IMG/VR virus record: IMGVR_UViG_3300042482_000702
Location: 62,001 to 126,000 of that record
DNA length: 64,000 nucleotides
Strand: one strand, 5' to 3'
The notes beneath the pieces are model-generated. The model was given only the letters and a program-made list of their open reading frames with translations, was not told where the DNA came from and searched no databases. The position numbers and the translations under genes are program-made. The stretch's first letter is position 1. Every line of letters begins with the position of its first letter. Shown piece by piece: positions 57,927 through 64,000 of this stretch.

Positions 57927-58757
57927 TTAAGGATTAACATATTCATACCATTTTATGGAACTAGTTGTTCCCACTCTAACATCATTATTGTTAATATCTT
58001 TATCAAAAACTTGATATGTTTTTTTATTGTAATCTAATTTTACTTTGTAATAAAAATTTAAATCGTTAAATTGGAACAATGTAGGTTTTAACAATATTTG
58101 AGGAGTTTTACTCATTTTAACATACACTCCCAGTCTAGCATCAAAGAATTTTGCACTCATATAAAAAGTGTCTATATCTATAAAATCCTTTTTTCTTAAC
58201 CAATATATAAAAAACCCTTCTTTATCACCAACAAAATCTAATGTATATGATGGTATTTTTATATTAACATTTGGAATATATTCTGAAATACTAACTGATT
58301 CAGTCGCTCCCTGCTGAACAGGAATAATTATTGTAAAATAATTTGTTTGAGATTTTCCTTCGGTTGTATCGTAAAAATCCAATTTAAAAAATGATTTGGT
58401 AAATGGTTTTTCATAATAATACACTTCCGATTTTGTAAATCCTTCGGGTATATAACTAGTAATCCAATCATTAGTTGTTGAAGATATTACTTGTGTTGAA
58501 GGGTTATCCGGAACACCTCCATCAACACTAAAAAAATGAAAATCATATTTAATATCCGTTTTTGTATTGTCATTATATGGTTCGTGACTAAACCTAAACA
58601 CCTCAAAATCATAAGCGGTTCCAATAATTTCCTCAATAACCTCATGCTCATATATCTCAATACTATCGTCTCTACCATAAAAGTCCCATTTTAACTCTAT
58701 TGGTAAATCAATATACTTGTCGGTTGCCGGTAAAACAAATTTAAATTTATTACTCAC
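57927..58757 (-). CDS. Putative structural protein
   Basis: Coupled within the structural operon. Confidence 0.65.
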   Translation of the reverse strand: MSNKFKFVLPATDKYIDLPIELKWDFYGRDDSIEIYEHEVIEEIIGTAYDFEVFRFSHEPYNDNTKTDIKYDFHFFSVDGGVPDNPSTQVISSTTNDWITSYIPEGFTKSEVYYYEKPFTKSFFKLDFYDTTEGKSQTNYFTIIIPVQQGATESVSISEYIPNVNIKIPSYTLDFVGDKEGFFIYWLRKKDFIDIDTFYMSAKFFDARLGVYVKMSKTPQILLKPTLFQFNDLNFYYKVKLDYNKKTYQVFDKDINNNDVRVGTTSSIKWYEYVNP

Positions 58758-60576
58758 AATTATCTATTATTGGTTCAGCTATTATGGTCTGTTCATTATA
58801 ATTAGTCCCCTCTGGTATTATTCTAAAAATTATATTCTTATATGGGTAATGAACACCATTTAAGAAAGGATAATCAACCCCATTTCCTTTAGGGTCAATA
58901 TAACCATAAGTATATTTGTCTCTCCATATAAATTTACCCTTACTTTCCGAGTAATAAGAGTAGTACGGAACATCCGCAACATTTATTTTATCACCTTCCT
59001 CAACGTAATCAGAATATTCACTTATCGTAATACTATTGTGGGGTTGATAATAATAACCATAAGGGTTTGAGGTTACCATTACAGCTGGAGGAGTTGTTGA
59101 ACTCTTAGGTCTCCCAACATTAAACACCGGTGGATTATAAGTTAATTTGTGGTATAAATTTGATATAACTCGTTCTTTCTGTTCATAATCATTCCACTCA
59201 CAAAAATCACCATCTAACACATCACCCTTCTTTAAGGAATTTACATATGAAAAAATTATTTTACTTCCATTTAATTGAACCCCCAAAGGTGTTGTATATG
59301 TACTCATTGGGAAATTCGTGTCAGATAATCCATTACTATCTTTCCACCAATCAGTAGGTAATTTAGTTGTGGGGTTTAACGGTAAGTTAAAACCATAACC
59401 TTGTTTCATACCATAAACACCTAACCCAGGACCTTTTGTCCTACCAAACATTAAACCGAAATACCCCTTCCAAATTGTTGTAAAAAATAATTCAGTTATT
59501 GGTCGTTTTTGATTGTCTCTAATTGGATTAATATCAATATCGGAATTAAATGATAAAGTATATGACTGCGAACCTTCTTTAATTGAGACTCTAGACAATC
59601 TATTTGGTGTAGACCCACTACTTTCAAATTTTTTATTAATACCAAAAATATTTTGGTCAAAACCCGAATTTACCAATACAGCATCATCAGGACTTGTCAA
59701 TAATTTATGTCTTCTCACATAATATTTTGAAATGGTTTCGTTGGGTATCAAACTATTTATTACTCTTCTAAATGTTCCTTCTTTATCATTATTAAAAGTG
59801 GTACCGGTAAACCCTACATTAAATAAATTAAAAATATATTCACCACTACCATACGCCCCATCACCTAAAGAATAAACCTCAAATGTGTCCACACCATTAT
59901 AGATAAATCCTGATGATAACTTAACCGATTCACCAACAGATAACCCATGTTTAATAGGACACCTAAAAGAAATGATGTCTAAACCATTATATGTTGTATT
60001 TTCAATTATAAAGGGAATACCGGTTGATGCCGACCAACTTAAAGTTTGGTTTGATTTACTCTCAATAGCCTGAAGTTGTTTATTATAATCATTCTCAAAT
60101 GGATAACTAACAAAAAAATTCCAATTATAAGTTGACGCACTTTTATTAATAAAAGTTAAATGATTGTTAGGTGGTTGAGTATACCCACTAACATTATAAT
60201 CACTACGAATAAAATCAAATTCGTGATATTGGGGAAATCCCTCCCAAGAAACCGCATCAGGGCTAAGATTACATTGTTTTATAGCTGAATTATTTTCATT
60301 AATATAATATAGATTATTTTCTAATGGCACATAATTTGTTGACCCTGTGTAAGAATTTTTAAATAAAATAGAGAATTTACAAGAAGGTCTGAATATACTA
60401 GATTTTTGCCTCTCATCGTCAAACACTTGGGATAAAGAAATATCAATATTCCTATCAAATTCAACATTTTCTTTACTCGTTTGAACTAAAGGAACGTTAA
60501 ACATCAAATTAGTATTTGACGCTGTTTTATATCTTAACGACCCTAAAACAACCCTAGTATCCGTTCTATTACCCAT
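58750..60576 (-). CDS. Putative structural protein (start MGNRTDT)
   Basis: Start moved to 60576 to follow the upstream stop. Confidence 0.65.
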   Translation of the reverse strand: MGNRTDTRVVLGSLRYKTASNTNLMFNVPLVQTSKENVEFDRNIDISLSQVFDDERQKSSIFRPSCKFSILFKNSYTGSTNYVPLENNLYYINENNSAIKQCNLSPDAVSWEGFPQYHEFDFIRSDYNVSGYTQPPNNHLTFINKSASTYNWNFFVSYPFENDYNKQLQAIESKSNQTLSWSASTGIPFIIENTTYNGLDIISFRCPIKHGLSVGESVKLSSGFIYNGVDTFEVYSLGDGAYGSGEYIFNLFNVGFTGTTFNNDKEGTFRRVINSLIPNETISKYYVRRHKLLTSPDDAVLVNSGFDQNIFGINKKFESSGSTPNRLSRVSIKEGSQSYTLSFNSDIDINPIRDNQKRPITELFFTTIWKGYFGLMFGRTKGPGLGVYGMKQGYGFNLPLNPTTKLPTDWWKDSNGLSDTNFPMSTYTTPLGVQLNGSKIIFSYVNSLKKGDVLDGDFCEWNDYEQKERVISNLYHKLTYNPPVFNVGRPKSSTTPPAVMVTSNPYGYYYQPHNSITISEYSDYVEEGDKINVADVPYYSYYSESKGKFIWRDKYTYGYIDPKGNGVDYPFLNGVHYPYKNIIFRIIPEGTNYNEQTIIAEPIIDNCE

Positions 60577-60577
60577 A

Positions 60578-63500
60578 TTATATTGTTGTATTAGTATTAA
60601 TCCATTTTTTAGTAAATCTGTCAAAAGACGATTTACCCGTTTTTAACCCAAAATAAAAATAAAAAGGTGCACCAACAGTAATACAATTAGATTCTAAATC
60701 GTTTTTCTCCCACGAATTTACTGAAGCGTTCAAAACATAATCATAATTACCCGTACTACTTACTGAATAAATATGTGATTTAAAAAATTGTGTTTGATTT
60801 CCATCATAAGTCCTAAAATATCTTGACGCTTTATTTAATCTATCCAAATCTTGGTACTTAGAACTAAAAAAATCATAATTACTACCAAAAGGCACAGTTT
60901 CCCATTCATTTTTTTGTGTTCCAAAAATATTTGAGCTCTCATCAATCCTCCATTGGTAAAATGGTACTAATTGACTAAAAACATTAAAATTACTAAACCC
61001 ACATTTGGACCCAATAGGAATCCGATTATTAATTATTGTTCTTTTTGGTGAAATAAAATCTCTAACTATAGTGTCTGAAGAAAAGAAAACACCAAAAATA
61101 ACATTCCCTTGATTATTACCATCATAATAAATTGGGTCTTGACTATTGGGGTTATCCGGATAATTTATCCCCTCAAAAGGTGACACACCTAATTCAGAAT
61201 TAATTGATATCATTTGCGAATAATCTCCATCAATCATTTTTTTATCTCTACTAAAAAAAGAAAGAATGCCAAGTCCAGTTATATTTTGTAGAAAAGAAGT
61301 GTTCGCCAGCCTAGTAACAATTAACATATTTAATAATTCTGATACATCCCCAAATGTTGTTGAATTTAAATCTTTTACAACATACCCATCAAAGTCATCA
61401 GACATTATGATTTCTTGTAAATAATTACTTCTAGGACCTAAATCTAACATAGTCGTTGGTGTCTTTAAATTATACGAATTGCCTCCGTTTTTATTTTCAT
61501 GACCAATAAAACCATAATCTAAACTATATGGACTACTTCTATAGAAAAAATTATTATTATTTGGATTAAACACAATTACATCTCTACAATACCTATTTAT
61601 TGGTGAATTTGGTGGTGTTGAGGTAGGACCGGTATATATAACATCATTCTTAAAAGTAAATGCATATAGAGTACCATTAATCCAATTATTGGTAAATAAA
61701 TGTGAAAACACGTTTCTACAAGCCGCAAAAATTGTTTGGATTCTACCCGTCCATTCAACAATACGCTCAATGTCACTAATTAAACTTAGAATTGGTTTTG
61801 TCATTAAAATATAACACCCGTTTCTAAAATCTTGTTTACCTCCACCACCTTTCCAACATGTATCTGAGGTTTGTTGAATCTTAATTTCGTTATTACTATT
61901 ATAATAACAATTTAATGGAGCCATATTATTACAACTAAATGAATCAATTACAGAGCTAAAAACAGCCGGTTCATTTGCTGTATCAAACGAACCATCCGTA
62001 AGATTTCCTGACCCTGTTGACGCAAGCGATTGACTTGTAGACGTACCATCGTCCGATATGAGAAAAATACTAAAATTAGTATTTGCATGTAATGCGAAAC
62101 TATTATCAATATTATCTTGGAGAGTAGTTGATGTCGGTAATCTATCCGACCTCATAACTATTTGAGTTCCAGATGTACCTAATCCAATATTCATTGTTAA
62201 ACTACTTAAGTATTTTGGAGCGTAATAAAGATTCCTAGTTTCCACAGGTGATTGGACACCAGCTTGTTTAGCAATATCAACAACTTGATAAAATAAACTA
62301 CCTCCATCCACGTTTTCACCAGGAAAATACCCTCTATTATTTGACCCCGAATTATAAACACCATATCGTCTATTTAGAGTATAACTAACATTATAAGTAA
62401 TTGGATTAAAACTGAATACACTGTATACGTAAACTGTATACCCATCCACCCACTCAACTATGAATCCATTCTGCCCTTGGGTACCAATTCCACCACCTGA
62501 ACCTTTCGTTCTGGAAACTTTATTACCACCTAAATTATTTAATAATAAATAATTATTGTTTAAAGATGACTGTGAATAAGTATTGGTGTTATAATTATTA
62601 ACATTAAAGTAATAGGTTAATGATGATGTATATGGTATTGTTATATATCCAGCATACGCATTTTGAAAAAACACTGTAACAGTACTATTGTATTCAACAT
62701 CTGCAAATATTTTTACAACAATTCTATCTAAACTATTATATGTTGTACCCATTATTGGAGCTATAAATGTATAGTCGTCAGGAATAGGGGTTGTTCCTAC
62801 GGATGTATAAGGAATTCGTTTTCTTGAACTACGCCCCAAAAAAACTTCCTCACGAGTAACTGGATTAAATTTATATATACTAACATATAGGTATGTCTGA
62901 GAGAATCTTCCCGTTTTTTTACTATTTGCATAAATCTTAATTGTTGCCACTGTACCCAATTGTGTTGAAGTTAAATTTGGAACTAAAGATGGCGTACTAA
63001 ATCCCGCAACAAAAATACCGAATTGTGGTGGTAAGTCGTTACTACTATTGTTTGACCAAGTATTACTAATTCTAAAATAATCACCAGATAACAGAGGGCT
63101 AGTTGTACTAGCAAGGTTTTGGGATGAACTACTAGGGGTAAACGATAAATTTTGTTTATCCAATCGAGAATAATGAGTATGTAAATTTGTTGAGAATCCA
63201 CTAAAACTAAACACACCACTCGTTGCAGGTTTAAAATGAAATGAATCGTAATATAAGTTCTGATTGGTTAAACCATCTACTAATGTGTTATTACTCAAAT
63301 TATGTGTGGTACATTTTAACCCCCCCTTTATAGGATGATTTAATTTAAATCCACCTATCTTATTACTCGTTACAATTGTTTGGTTATTACCAAAATCATA
63401 ACCAAATAAACGACTTAAATCATAAGACACATTAACTCTAGATGAATTGGGGTCAACCCCCCTAACCAAGAAAATAACCCTTTGTTTCTCTTGTTTTTTA

Positions 63501-64000
63501 TACTTAACTATTGGTGAAAAAAGTCTATTGGTACCGTTAAATTCAATACTTGAATTAGGCACTGGGTCTATACGATAAAACAACATTGAGTTACTTAAAA
63601 ATCTATTATTAAACGAATTAATATTACTCCAATCATTAGGTACTGATACTGTTGTTGTATTACACATACCCGTATATTCAGTATAAGTCATTCCTGTTAT
63701 AACTTGGAAATATTCAACATCCATTGGAAATTTAGCGTAAGTAGCATCTCCGGAGAATTGAATTATATCATACACCGTCGTAATTCCAGAAGGAATAATA
63801 AGAGACGGGTCAGCATATACAACATTTATTTTACTTCTATTATTAATTGTCTCTCCTGTTATTGAATATGTTCCATATTCATTTAATGATGTACCATCTC
63901 CGGCAATATTTATATCCTTTGATAATTCAAAATCTTGAAAACTAATTATACCCCCCGGGACCATACTTTTTGATGTTGCATCAGCAACAATTGCTATAAC
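60578..64000 (-). CDS. Large putative structural protein, 5'-truncated by the window
   Basis: Frame stays open from 63964 to 64000. Confidence 0.7.
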   Translation of the reverse strand, partial: VIAIVADATSKSMVPGGIISFQDFELSKDINIAGDGTSLNEYGTYSITGETINNRSKINVVYADPSLIIPSGITTVYDIIQFSGDATYAKFPMDVEYFQVITGMTYTEYTGMCNTTTVSVPNDWSNINSFNNRFLSNSMLFYRIDPVPNSSIEFNGTNRLFSPIVKYKKQEKQRVIFLVRGVDPNSSRVNVSYDLSRLFGYDFGNNQTIVTSNKIGGFKLNHPIKGGLKCTTHNLSNNTLVDGLTNQNLYYDSFHFKPATSGVFSFSGFSTNLHTHYSRLDKQNLSFTPSSSSQNLASTTSPLLSGDYFRISNTWSNNSSNDLPPQFGIFVAGFSTPSLVPNLTSTQLGTVATIKIYANSKKTGRFSQTYLYVSIYKFNPVTREEVFLGRSSRKRIPYTSVGTTPIPDDYTFIAPIMGTTYNSLDRIVVKIFADVEYNSTVTVFFQNAYAGYITIPYTSSLTYYFNVNNYNTNTYSQSSLNNNYLLLNNLGGNKVSRTKGSGGGIGTQGQNGFIVEWVDGYTVYVYSVFSFNPITYNVSYTLNRRYGVYNSGSNNRGYFPGENVDGGSLFYQVVDIAKQAGVQSPVETRNLYYAPKYLSSLTMNIGLGTSGTQIVMRSDRLPTSTTLQDNIDNSFALHANTNFSIFLISDDGTSTSQSLASTGSGNLTDGSFDTANEPAVFSSVIDSFSCNNMAPLNCYYNSNNEIKIQQTSDTCWKGGGGKQDFRNGCYILMTKPILSLISDIERIVEWTGRIQTIFAACRNVFSHLFTNNWINGTLYAFTFKNDVIYTGPTSTPPNSPINRYCRDVIVFNPNNNNFFYRSSPYSLDYGFIGHENKNGGNSYNLKTPTTMLDLGPRSNYLQEIIMSDDFDGYVVKDLNSTTFGDVSELLNMLIVTRLANTSFLQNITGLGILSFFSRDKKMIDGDYSQMISINSELGVSPFEGINYPDNPNSQDPIYYDGNNQGNVIFGVFFSSDTIVRDFISPKRTIINNRIPIGSKCGFSNFNVFSQLVPFYQWRIDESSNIFGTQKNEWETVPFGSNYDFFSSKYQDLDRLNKASRYFRTYDGNQTQFFKSHIYSVSSTGNYDYVLNASVNSWEKNDLESNCITVGAPFYFYFGLKTGKSSFDRFTKKWINTNTTI

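Noticed and set aside
3645-62983. Remaining short antisense or nested ORFs in the track (e.g. 3645, 5347, 6376, 10863, 37571, 40998, 50517)
   Set aside because: They lie fully inside long, motif-bearing genes and have shadow-type composition.
1-64000. Eukaryotic giant virus or bacterial chromosome origin
   Set aside because: Sigma-70, amidase fold, intrinsic terminators, baseplate motifs and phage-type primase/SbcCD indicate a bacteriophage; no housekeeping operons are present.

Overview
AT-rich (about 30% GC by eye), densely coding 64-kb segment of a large tailed dsDNA phage (Caudoviricetes, jumbo-like), mostly minus strand, standard genetic code. The host is probably Bacteroidota: TAnnTTTG promoter boxes, a SigA-type sigma without region 1.1, an Hc1 histone-like protein, a DUF6576-like tail, SprB repeats and a Gln-start signal peptide all point that way. 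Modules: (1) 1-18.6 kb, adhesin/tail-fibre-like genes (delta-60 propeller, FISUMP-domain protein, a 2463-aa fibre with a proline-free collagen-like stalk, SprB protein), plus a divergent degenerate MetK-like gene; (2) 18.6-36.9 kb, redoxins, GIY-YIG endonuclease, PcfJ-like protein, LRR protein, two DNA methyltransferases, DnaJ, probable head-internal proteins, a lysis-like cluster, sigma-70 and an NlaIII/IceA1-like endonuclease; (3) 36.9-45.9 kb, SbcC/SbcD, FkbM, a PD-(D/E)XK nuclease and primase; (4) 45.9-64 kb, baseplate/tail-type structural genes and a RuvC-like resolvase. I recognised no tRNA, rRNA, CRISPR array, integrase or reverse transcriptase. Best leads: a catalytically dead MetK mimic, a repeat-flanked excisable FISUMP tip with orphan C-termini behind several adhesin genes, a phage R-M-like pair together with apparent absence of GATC, and swappable (I/L)xE head-targeting leaders. 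All family calls are by eye from remembered motifs; no database search was run.
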